Position numbers and translations under genes: made by a program
DNA from: Pseudomonadota bacterium
GTDB taxonomy: Bacteria > Myxococcota_A > UBA9042 > CAIXZC01
Assembly (NCBI GenBank): GCA_043815665.1
Contig: JBDRIT010000099.1
Coordinates: 15,987 to 79,986, forward strand
Reading direction: 5' to 3'
DNA length: 64,000 nucleotides
The notes under the pieces: model-generated
Databases searched by the model: none
Told to the model about the DNA's origin: nothing
Seen by the model: only the letters and a program-made list of their open reading frames with translations
Shown: in pieces, positions 56,072-64,000 of the stretch
Layout of the letters: every line of letters starts with the position of its first letter
Numbering within the stretch: position 1 is the first letter of the stretch

Positions 56072-58326
56072 CGACCACCTCCGTCCTCTGCGCCGAGGGT
56101 GCAGCGGCCCCCTGCCTCGTCCAGGAAGGGGTTCAGCGCCTCGGGGATTCCGAAGGCCACCGCCTCGGGGCCGACCTCGCGGCCCAGCGCGGGCCAGTAG
56201 AGGGAGCGGTAGCCGCCGGCCGCACCCAGGATCCGCTTCACGTACCCCACGGTGTTGGGGTAGGTGATCTGCTCCACCCACTCGTCGGCCTCGAGCCCCG
56301 CAAAGCGCGCCAGCCAGGACCGCGTGGTCCCGGTGCCCGCGTTGAACGCAGCCAGGGCCACGAGCCAGTTCCCATGGTGACGATGCAGGACCTCACGGAG
56401 GAACTGGGCCCCGATCCGGAGGTTGAGATCGGGATCCCGCAGATCCCGGCGCCGCCACTGGCGGCCCATGCAACCCTCGGCCACCTGCCGGGCGACGTGG
56501 GGACGGAGCTGCATGAGCCCGTGCGCATCGGCGCCGGACACGGCGGCCGGGTTCCAGGAGCTCTCGAACTTGATCAGGGCCGCGATCACCGCGGGATCCA
56601 TCCCGCCGCCGTCGGCCGCCATCACTGGGGCGAGGCGGTCCAGGTAGCCCACGGGCAAGCTGGAAAGCCAGAGCCTGGCGCCGCTCCGCCAGGGCGGCGG
56701 CAGGAGGGTGCCGATGCTCGCGCGCAGGGACGCCGCGCGGGCGATCCGGTCCCCGCGGAGCTCCAGCGAGGTATACAGCGCCGGGAGGGCCGGGCTCAGG
56801 GCCCCGCGGCGGAGCAAGGCCCCGGTCTCCTCCCGGGCCTCGTCGTAGCGGCCCAGACGCCAGAGGGCCAGGGGCAGGGCCAGGACCTCGCGATCCCCGG
56901 ATCCGAGGGAGCCGACCTCGAGGGGGGGGGTGGTCCACTGCGCCGGCCCCGGCGGGGTTGTCGCGACGCCGGCCTCGACCAGACGCACCCGGGCCAGGAC
57001 CCCGTAGTAGTTCAGCGGCGCCGCGTCCCAGAGCAGCGCGTACAGCCCCCGGGCCCGGGTCCCCTGCCCCAGGTCCTCCAGGGTCCGCGCCTCCCAGTAG
57101 AGGGCCAGGGGCCCCCAGGTCTGCCAGGGGCTCCGCTCCACGACGAAGGACCGCCGCCGGATCAGGCGGAGGAGCCCCAGCGCGTCAGCGGGATCCCCCG
57201 CGACCCGGTGGAACCGGGCCAGGGTCCAGGCAGCCTCGGCCAGGTCCTCGCCGGGGAGTGCCTCCCCGAGGGCCCGCTCCATGTGGGCCCGCGCCCGAAA
57301 GGGCAGCTCCTCCCTCAGACAGAGCCGCCCGAGGCGAACCCGGAGCTCCGTGGCGAAGGGCAGGGGCCCCTCCTGGAGGAGCCCGTCCATGAGGTCCATG
57401 GCCTCCAGATCCCGATCCAGCTTCTCCAGGGCCCGGGCCGCGTGCCAGGTCGCGGCGGTCCGGAGGGTCCCGGTCCCCGCGTCCCTGGCGGCCAGGAGAT
57501 GGGCCAGGGCGGGCTCCCGATCCCGACGGTTCCGCAGGAGGGCCAGCCCCTCCCAGAACCGTTGATCCGCGGTCCAGGTCCCGGGATCGCCGTCGGGGCG
57601 CCGGGCGGCGGCGTCCTGCGGCGTGGCGCGGATCCGGCGTCGGAGATCCCGGAGGTCCAGGGCGGCCGCTGGATCCTCCGCGCGGAGGGCCGCCTCTGCG
57701 GGGCCGTGGCCCTCCCAGGCCAGCCGGGTGAGGAGCGCGAGGCCCCGTTCCCGATCTCCGTAGTCCAGTCGCGCCCGGGCGAGGAGGAACCGGATCTCGA
57801 GGCGCTCCGACGCCGAAAGCGGCGCAGCGAGGGCCCGGGTGAGGACGCTGGCCACGGCGCGGTTGCGTCCCGAACCGGCGAGCTCCATGGCCTGGGCCAG
57901 CGCGACCCGGCCGGCGAGGCCCGGCGACGTGGCCCGGGGGAGCCAACGGGAACCTGCCCCGGCCTTGCCGTCCTTCTGGGGATCCAGGAGGTAGAGCCGC
58001 CACGCTGCCCGGGGCGCCAGCGGATGGTCTGCGTTGGCGACGCGGACGTAGCAGCGCCGCGCCTCGTCCCGCCGCCCCGCCTGTTCGAAGAGCACCCCCC
58101 CCAGGTACGCTGCGTGGGGAGCCACCGCGCCCATGCACTGCCCGGCCACGGTCTGCGCAGCGACCCGGAACTTCCCCTCCAGCTCCAGGTACCGGGCCTG
58201 CTCGAAGGTCTTGTCGGTGACCATCCAGGGCTGGAGGGGGGAGGGATCATCGCCGGCATAGACGCCGGTGGTGCTGGACAGGACCAGAAGGACTGCGAAC
58301 AGCCCTGTTGAGAGGCGAGGACACAT
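56068..58326 (-). CDS. Soluble lytic transglycosylase with N-terminal TPR-like region
   Basis: Signal peptide; ALIKFESS, A.GLMQL, LAAFNAG, YVKRI. Confidence 0.88.
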   Translation of the reverse strand: MCPRLSTGLFAVLLVLSSTTGVYAGDDPSPLQPWMVTDKTFEQARYLELEGKFRVAAQTVAGQCMGAVAPHAAYLGGVLFEQAGRRDEARRCYVRVANADHPLAPRAAWRLYLLDPQKDGKAGAGSRWLPRATSPGLAGRVALAQAMELAGSGRNRAVASVLTRALAAPLSASERLEIRFLLARARLDYGDRERGLALLTRLAWEGHGPAEAALRAEDPAAALDLRDLRRRIRATPQDAAARRPDGDPGTWTADQRFWEGLALLRNRRDREPALAHLLAARDAGTGTLRTAATWHAARALEKLDRDLEAMDLMDGLLQEGPLPFATELRVRLGRLCLREELPFRARAHMERALGEALPGEDLAEAAWTLARFHRVAGDPADALGLLRLIRRRSFVVERSPWQTWGPLALYWEARTLEDLGQGTRARGLYALLWDAAPLNYYGVLARVRLVEAGVATTPPGPAQWTTPPLEVGSLGSGDREVLALPLALWRLGRYDEAREETGALLRRGALSPALPALYTSLELRGDRIARAASLRASIGTLLPPPWRSGARLWLSSLPVGYLDRLAPVMAADGGGMDPAVIAALIKFESSWNPAAVSGADAHGLMQLRPHVARQVAEGCMGRQWRRRDLRDPDLNLRIGAQFLREVLHRHHGNWLVALAAFNAGTGTTRSWLARFAGLEADEWVEQITYPNTVGYVKRILGAAGGYRSLYWPALGREVGPEAVAFGIPEALNPFLDEAGGRCTLGAEDGGGR

Positions 58327-58423
58327 GGTGCGCAGTTTGTGCGCGCGTGGGGGGTTCTGTCAAACCTGGGCGAGTCGATGCCGCAACAAACGAAAGACGA
58401 GCGGTGGAGACGTCACCGTCCGC

Positions 58424-60115
58424 CTACGGCTGCGTCTCCTCGTCCTCGTGGGAGAAGCGGGGGAGGGTGAAGGTGAAGGTGGTGCCCTGGTCGCCGGTGT
58501 CGGTCACCGAGATCGTCCCGGAGTGCGCGTCCGCGATGCGCTGGACCAGGGTGAGACCGAGGCCGGCGCCGCCGTGCTTGCGGGTGAGGAGGGGCTGCTC
58601 CTGGACGAAGGGGGAGAAGAGCTCGTCGATGCGGGTGTGGTCAATGCCGGGGCCAGTGTCGATGACCTCGAAGGTGATCACGTCCGACCGGACGGTGACC
58701 CGGTGGGTCACGGCGCCGCCGTCCGGGGTGAACCGCACCGCGTTGGAGAGGAGGGCCTTGAGGGCCCGCCGCACCGCGGCCCCGTCGACCTGGATGAAGC
58801 CCGACTCGCCGTGGAACTCCGTAGTGATCGCCAGATCCCGACCCTCGGCGAGGCGCTCGAGCATCTCCTTCGAGATCTCCACGAGGCTCCCGACGTCCAC
58901 CGGGTACTTGCGCCACGAGTCCAGCCGCCCGTCCAGGCGGGTGAGGGTCAGGAGATCCTCGACGAGCTCCAGGAGCCGATTCGCCGACTCCCGCACCCGG
59001 CGGATCATGTCGACGCGGGTCTCGTCTCCACAGTTGCAGGAGTCCTCCAGGAGCTGGGTGAAGCCCACCAGGGGGTTGAGGGGCGTGCGGAGCTCGTGGC
59101 TGATCAGGGCGATGAAATCAGAACGGGCTGCAGCGGCCCGCTCCGCGTCCTCCCGGGCCACCTGAAGCTCCCGGAACATCTGCTCCTTGTGCATCCAGGC
59201 GCCGAGGATGTTGGCCGCGGCCTGGAAGAACCGGACCTCGTCCCGCTCCCACCGGAGGGGGACCTCGTCGTTGGAATCCAGGACCAGGAATCCGAGGAGC
59301 CGGTCGGGGCTCTTGATCACCGCAACGAGCCAGTCGTCCGCGCCCCGGAGGGTCATCACGTCCCGGAGCCGCTCGTCGTCCAGGGAGGCGCGGTGCAGGA
59401 CCCGGGCCCGATCCCAGGGGGAACCCATGATGTCCAGGAGGGACCGCACGAGATCCGAGGAGAGGTCCGGGGTGGGCTCCGCAGCGCCCTCCCTGTCGAA
59501 GCTGCAGTGGTAGTGCGGCAGGGCCCGATGACGATCGTCCATGAGCCAGACCACCGCGCCGATGCCCCCCACGGCCCGACAGAGCAGGGGCAACGCGTCG
59601 GAGACCATGCCGGACTCCGGCGCCGCGGAGATCAACTCTGTGGCGAGGTACCGCAGCATCTCCTCGAGCGCGGCGCGACGCTTGAGCCTGCCCTTGAGCT
59701 GTTCCTGCTTGGTCACGTCCCGGAACATCCAGATCCGACCGCCCTCGACGACGCCGCCGGGATCGTCCACGTGAGACGTGAAGCGCTCAAGGATCAGCTC
59801 CTGGGGGTCGTCGATGCGCAGGAAGTCCATGCGCATCTCCAACGGCCTGCTCTGGAGGCGGACGAGATCGGCCCGCACGGAGAGGGGATTGTGGCACCGG
59901 GGGATCACCCGGTTCCAGAAGGTCTCCTCGTTCTCCTCCACCAGGCTCCCGGGGTCCAGGTCGAAGAGGCGGTAGAGGGTCGCGTTCGCGTCGAGGATCA
60001 TCCGCTGACCACCGACCTCCCCCACCAGAAGGAGTCCCTGTTCCACGTGGTCGAGCAGGGTGTTCGGAAGGATCAGATCCTTGGGAAGGCGCCCTTTCTT
60101 GCGGCCAGCGCTCAT
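58424..60115 (-). CDS. Cytoplasmic PAS-GAF sensor histidine kinase
   Basis: FRDVT PAS end; GAF; SHELRTPL; NAVRFT; DTGPGI; GAGLGL; no TM segment. Confidence 0.88.
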   Translation of the reverse strand: MSAGRKKGRLPKDLILPNTLLDHVEQGLLLVGEVGGQRMILDANATLYRLFDLDPGSLVEENEETFWNRVIPRCHNPLSVRADLVRLQSRPLEMRMDFLRIDDPQELILERFTSHVDDPGGVVEGGRIWMFRDVTKQEQLKGRLKRRAALEEMLRYLATELISAAPESGMVSDALPLLCRAVGGIGAVVWLMDDRHRALPHYHCSFDREGAAEPTPDLSSDLVRSLLDIMGSPWDRARVLHRASLDDERLRDVMTLRGADDWLVAVIKSPDRLLGFLVLDSNDEVPLRWERDEVRFFQAAANILGAWMHKEQMFRELQVAREDAERAAAARSDFIALISHELRTPLNPLVGFTQLLEDSCNCGDETRVDMIRRVRESANRLLELVEDLLTLTRLDGRLDSWRKYPVDVGSLVEISKEMLERLAEGRDLAITTEFHGESGFIQVDGAAVRRALKALLSNAVRFTPDGGAVTHRVTVRSDVITFEVIDTGPGIDHTRIDELFSPFVQEQPLLTRKHGGAGLGLTLVQRIADAHSGTISVTDTGDQGTTFTFTLPRFSHEDEETQP

Positions 60116-60121
60116 GCGCGA

Positions 60122-60736
60122 CTACCGGACGTTCTCCCAGTCGTCACACTCCCCGTCCTTGTTCGTGTCACGCCCCTTCCGCACGAGGCGCTGGCCCTTG
60201 AACCACTCCTCACAACGATCGGCGATCCCGTCGCCGTTGTCGTCCTGCTGGACGCGGGAGAGGGTCCCCTCCTCGAAGAACTTCCAGATGAAGACGCGGT
60301 TCGTCCCGGGAGCGTAAACCCGCTTCTCTCTGATCTTCGATTCCACGTAGAAGTTCTCCTGATCCACGCGGCCGTCGTAGTCGAAGTCAAAGGCCTCGTG
60401 GGCCACGATCTCCTCTTTGTATTCGATGAAGACGTCCTTCTTCCCGTCGAAGTTGAGGTCCGCCTCCTTCTTGACCACCATGGGCTTCGTGGTTCCGGGT
60501 GCGCCGGGGTCCGGCACTTCCTTGGTGTACTTCCAGACGTCGGGGTGCCCGTCCGCGTTCATGTCGCCGCGCTCCACCTCGACGTCCGGCGACGTCCCGC
60601 CCTTGTTCATCTTTCCAGCGGTCTGGATCTTGACCCCCGCACCTTCGGTCGACCCGTCGTTGCCCTTCTTCTCGTCGGCGCCGGAGCACCCCAGGATCAG
60701 CATCAGTGTGGCGAGGCATGAAAGCGATCTCATCAT
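60122..60736 (-). CDS. Lipoprotein with repeated DxxxDG (EF-hand-like) motifs
   Basis: LILGC lipobox; DMNADG, DLNFDG, DFDYDG, DDNGDG, DTNKDG. Confidence 0.7.
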   Translation of the reverse strand: MMRSLSCLATLMLILGCSGADEKKGNDGSTEGAGVKIQTAGKMNKGGTSPDVEVERGDMNADGHPDVWKYTKEVPDPGAPGTTKPMVVKKEADLNFDGKKDVFIEYKEEIVAHEAFDFDYDGRVDQENFYVESKIREKRVYAPGTNRVFIWKFFEEGTLSRVQQDDNGDGIADRCEEWFKGQRLVRKGRDTNKDGECDDWENVR

Positions 60737-60843
60737 GGTTCCCCTGGACGTTCTGTATTCGGTCAACATGCGCTGAGATGATCGTGTGCGAGGAAGGGAA
60801 TGTCAAGAGTGGAAGGGAATGTCGGGGACTGGGGAGGGAGAAG

Positions 60844-60917
60844 CGGGCGTTACAGGGTTCGAACCTGTGGCCTTCGGCTCCGGAGGCCGACGCTCTATCC
60901 AGCTGAGCTAAACGCCC
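60844..60917 (-). tRNA. tRNA-Arg(CCG); CCA not encoded
   Basis: Reverse complement GGGCGTTTAGCTCAGCTGGATAGAGCGTCGGCCTCCGGAGCCGAAGGCCACAGGTTCGAACCCTGTAACGCCCG. Confidence 0.95.
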
Positions 60918-60994
60918 TCATGACCGACGGCGAAGAGTTGCACAGGTCTCGGGGGCTGTCAAGAGGTTTGGATCTGCCATCGAGGAGAAAGTCA

Positions 60995-61022
60995 TTGACA
61001 GCCGGCGCCATTTCCCCATAAT
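60995..61022 (+). promoter_or_regulatory. sigma70 promoter of the rpmH operon
   Basis: TTGACA-N16-CATAAT; a divergent TTGACA at 60962-60957 faces tRNA-Arg. Confidence 0.6.
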
Positions 61023-61067
61023 TTTGCGGGTCGAAAAGTACATGCGCACGAGCCAAGGAGTCAGGCC

Positions 61068-61217
61068 GTGAAAAGAACATATCAGCCACACAACACGAAG
61101 CGGATTCGGAAGCACGGCTTCCGTGCCCGGATGGCCACCGCCACGGGTCGGAAGGTGATCAGCGCCCGACGGGCCAAGGGACGCAAGCGGCTCGCTGTCT
61201 CGATCCCGAAGAAGTGA
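61068..61217 (+). CDS. rpmH: 50S ribosomal protein L34 (absent from the ORF track)
   Basis: GTG start after AAGGAG: [49 protein letters not shown]. Confidence 0.97.
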   Translation: MKRTYQPHNTKRIRKHGFRARMATATGRKVISARRAKGRKRLAVSIPKK

Positions 61218-61238
61218 TCCGGCAGACTGCGACGCTGA

Positions 61239-61595
61239 ATGACCCCGGGACCCTTCACACCTGAGCATCGGCTCCGCCGGAGCGTCCAATTCCAGTGGGT
61301 CCTCCGTGAGGGACAGAAGATCTATACCAGAAACCTCCTGGTCTTCGCCGCTGCAGGTCCGACGGGAGAGCGCCGCTTGGGAATCACCGTCACCCGCAAG
61401 GTGGGCAACGCGGTCTTCAGGAATCGGGCGAAGCGGGTGACCCGTGAGGTGTTCCGGCGCACTCGGGAGGAACTCCCCCCCGGCACGGACGTGGTGATCA
61501 TCGTCAAGCGTGACACCGCATGGCCCTGCATGGAACAGTACGAGAAGGACATCGCGCATGCCTTCAGTCTCTACACCCGCCGCGCTCGCCGCTAG
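61239..61595 (+). CDS. rnpA: Ribonuclease P protein component
   Basis: [21 protein letters not shown]. Confidence 0.95.
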   Translation: MTPGPFTPEHRLRRSVQFQWVLREGQKIYTRNLLVFAAAGPTGERRLGITVTRKVGNAVFRNRAKRVTREVFRRTREELPPGTDVVIIVKRDTAWPCMEQYEKDIAHAFSLYTRRARR

Positions 61596-61872
61596 GCTCC
61601 TGCGCGCACCGGCCCTGGTGCTCCTGGCGCTGGTTCGCCTGTATCAGCGCCTCGTTCGCCCCCTGCTGCCGCCGAGCTGCCGGTTCCACCCGACCTGCTC
61701 CGACTACGCCTCCGAGGCGATCCGACGCTACGGTGCGGCCCGGGGTTCCCTCCTCGCCGCCGCTCGCGTCGCGCGCTGCCACCCATTCAATCCCGGGGGC
61801 GTCGACCCTGTTCCAGAACGCTTCACCCTGCGCGCCGCAACCCGAGGCACCCCCGAGGAGGCCACGCCGTGA
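61558..61872 (+). CDS. yidD: Membrane protein insertion efficiency factor YidD
   Basis: YQ....P....[10 protein letters not shown]...[14 protein letters not shown]. Confidence 0.95.
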   Translation: MPSVSTPAALAARLLRAPALVLLALVRLYQRLVRPLLPPSCRFHPTCSDYASEAIRRYGAARGSLLAAARVARCHPFNPGGVDPVPERFTLRAATRGTPEEATP

Positions 61873-63803
61873 GATCCCAGCGAACGCTGTGCACCGCACT
61901 CATCCTCTGCATCCTGGCCCTCACTCCCATACGGGCCCATGCAGCCGGAGAGGCGACCGAGACCGTCGCCGGCCTCTCCGGGGGCTGCGGTGCGGATGCT
62001 CCCTCGCCCTCCCTGTGGAATGCGGTGGGCGATCCCCCCTTGTATCGGGCCCTCATCACGGGCCAGGGTGCGACGATCGCCTGCCTGGAGTTGATCCACG
62101 ACCAGTACCGCCAGACGGGGGACGCAGAGGCCATCGAGGGCGTCCCATCCTGGCTCTCGGCGGAGGGACCGCTGCACCTGATCTCCACGTGGGATGTCTC
62201 CTTCCTGCCCTTCCAGCTCCTGCTCCTCTCCGGCGAGGAGGCCAGCGCCGGGGTCACGGTGATCCGCACCCTCCAGGCCCCCAACGTCAGAGAGGCGAAG
62301 CGCATCGGGAAGGCCGAGACCTGGACCACGGGCGTGAAGATCGAGGCCGATCTGCTGGACGTCTACCGGGTGGACCCGGTGTACACCCGCATCTCCGCAC
62401 TGGACGCGGAGGAGGCCGTCTACGTGTGGCCCGATCCGGCGAAGGATGCGTCTAGCATCTTCATCGAGCGCCGCCTGAGGCCCATCGACGACTACCGGAT
62501 CCATCTCGAAGTGACCCTCTACAACTTCGGCGAGCAGCCCATCGCCCTCCAGCCTGCGCTGGAGGTCCACGCATGGGAGCGTCCCGGCACGAAGCAGAGC
62601 ATGTTCTCCCCGCCACCGGACCTGCTCCAGTCCATGTGCCAGGCCGGAGGCAGCCTCACACGGGAGGACGGCGGCGACCTGGCCGAAGAGGGCGTGCCGG
62701 TGAACCCCGCCGGCGAGGCGGAGTGGATCGGCGTGGGCGGACGCTACTTCTTCCAGGCGTTGGTCAACCGCAAGATGCCGAAGGCCGCCTGTCAACTCTA
62801 TGCCTCGACCAACGGCGTGGCCAGCGCGCGCATGTACCGGCCCCTCACGGACCTCGACCCCCTGCCTCTGGACAACGGCTGCGTCCCGTTCTGGCTCGAC
62901 GCACCGGGGCGGGTCACCTGCAAGGAGCTGGCGTCACGGCTGGGGATGGAGCGGGAGGATCTCAGTCACGCGGCGAAGGTCGAGGAGGCCCTCAAGGCCA
63001 ATCGAGATCTCCCCGAGGCGGAGCTGAAGCGGGTGCAGGGCTTCCTGCGGGGGACCGGCCGACGGACCTACGCCTTCGAGCTCTACGTCGGCCCCAAGGA
63101 CATCAACCTGCTGAAGAAGGCCGAGGTGGGCCTCGAGGACTCCATCGACTTCTGGATCGTGGGCGTCCTGGCGAAGCCCATGCTCCAGGTGCTCAAGTGG
63201 TGCTACTCGGTGTTCCCGAGCTGGACCCTGGCCATCATCCTCCTGACCGTCCTCGTGAAGCTCCTCCTCCTCCCCCTGACCCAGAAGTCCTTCGGCCAGA
63301 TGCAGCGGATGGCCTCGCTCAAGCCGCAGATGGACGCGGTCCGGGAGAAGTACGGGAAGGACAAGGCTCGGCTCAACCAGGAGATGATGAACCTCTACAA
63401 GCGGGAGAAGGTCAACCCCCTCGGGGGCTGCCTCCCCATGCTCCTGCAGATGCCGATCTGGATCGCGCTCTACCGCACGATCTACTCCTCCGCGGAGCTG
63501 TACCAGGCCCCCATGGGGCTCTGGATCCATGACCTCTCCGCGCCGGATCCCTACTTCGTGATGCCGCTCCTCCTGGGCGGCCTGATGTTCCTGCAGCAGA
63601 AGATGACGCCCACCGCGACGGACTCGCAGCAGGCCAAGATGATGCTCTACATCATGCCCGTGATGTTCACCCTGTTCATGCTGTTCCTGCCGGCCGGCCT
63701 GAACCTCTACATCCTGGTGAACACCATGCTGTCGCTGGTCCAGCAGTACTACCTGAAGCGGAAGTTCACCCCGCCGACGGAGCCCGCAGCGAGCCGGGCT
63801 TGA
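61869..63803 (+). CDS. yidC: Membrane protein insertase YidC
   Basis: [46 protein letters not shown]. Confidence 0.93.
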   Translation: MRSQRTLCTALILCILALTPIRAHAAGEATETVAGLSGGCGADAPSPSLWNAVGDPPLYRALITGQGATIACLELIHDQYRQTGDAEAIEGVPSWLSAEGPLHLISTWDVSFLPFQLLLLSGEEASAGVTVIRTLQAPNVREAKRIGKAETWTTGVKIEADLLDVYRVDPVYTRISALDAEEAVYVWPDPAKDASSIFIERRLRPIDDYRIHLEVTLYNFGEQPIALQPALEVHAWERPGTKQSMFSPPPDLLQSMCQAGGSLTREDGGDLAEEGVPVNPAGEAEWIGVGGRYFFQALVNRKMPKAACQLYASTNGVASARMYRPLTDLDPLPLDNGCVPFWLDAPGRVTCKELASRLGMEREDLSHAAKVEEALKANRDLPEAELKRVQGFLRGTGRRTYAFELYVGPKDINLLKKAEVGLEDSIDFWIVGVLAKPMLQVLKWCYSVFPSWTLAIILLTVLVKLLLLPLTQKSFGQMQRMASLKPQMDAVREKYGKDKARLNQEMMNLYKREKVNPLGGCLPMLLQMPIWIALYRTIYSSAELYQAPMGLWIHDLSAPDPYFVMPLLLGGLMFLQQKMTPTATDSQQAKMMLYIMPVMFTLFMLFLPAGLNLYILVNTMLSLVQQYYLKRKFTPPTEPAASRA

Positions 63804-63840
63804 GTTTGATGATCACCCAGTGGAGATAAGGAGGCCCAAG

Positions 63841-64000
63841 GTGGAAGAGAGACAACGTTTCACCGGAAAGAACGAGGAGCAGGCCCTGGAGCGGGCGGCC
63901 CGGGTCCTGGGAGTTCCCAGGGACGAGCTCGACTGGACCCTGGTGAGCCAGGAGAAGGGATTCCTGGGGCTCGGAGGCAGCGCAACGATCGAGGTCGTGG
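63841..64000 (+). CDS. jag: RNA-binding protein Jag/KhpB (5' part; runs off window)
   Basis: AAGGAGG plus GTG; FTGKNEEQALERA...LG....L....V....KGFLGLG (Jag_N); follows yidC. Confidence 0.85.
   Translation, partial: MEERQRFTGKNEEQALERAARVLGVPRDELDWTLVSQEKGFLGLGGSATIEVV

Overview
High-GC chromosomal window whose gene content (pilB-pilT-pilC-pilS-pilR, MYXO-CTERM-like surface proteins, split F0 operon) suggests a Myxococcota/deltaproteobacterium-like organism; this taxonomy is inferred. Core genes: type IV pilus cluster, trmFO-topA-dprA, thrS, atpZIBE, gyrA, rplM-rpsI, metK, tyrS, two tRNAs and rpmH-rnpA-yidD-yidC-jag. Two accessory blocks stand out. (1) 14.2-25.4 kb: Cys-rich surface proteins, including one stop-less ORF that joins a gingipain-like C25 protease and a transglutaminase-like protein, each with its own signal peptide and C-terminal anchor, plus two genes each broken by one extra base in a G-run. 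(2) 32.6-41.8 kb: an acetyl-CoA block with an aconitase, a two-subunit ATP-citrate lyase, and a 1007-aa triple fusion of a degenerate CoA-transferase domain, a GNAT acetyltransferase and an intact AcuC/HDAC deacetylase. It carries remnants of acnA and an isocitrate-dehydrogenase-family gene, and its left flank has a 14-bp palindrome and three phased 9-mer repeats. All calls come from motif recognition by eye; no database searches were run.
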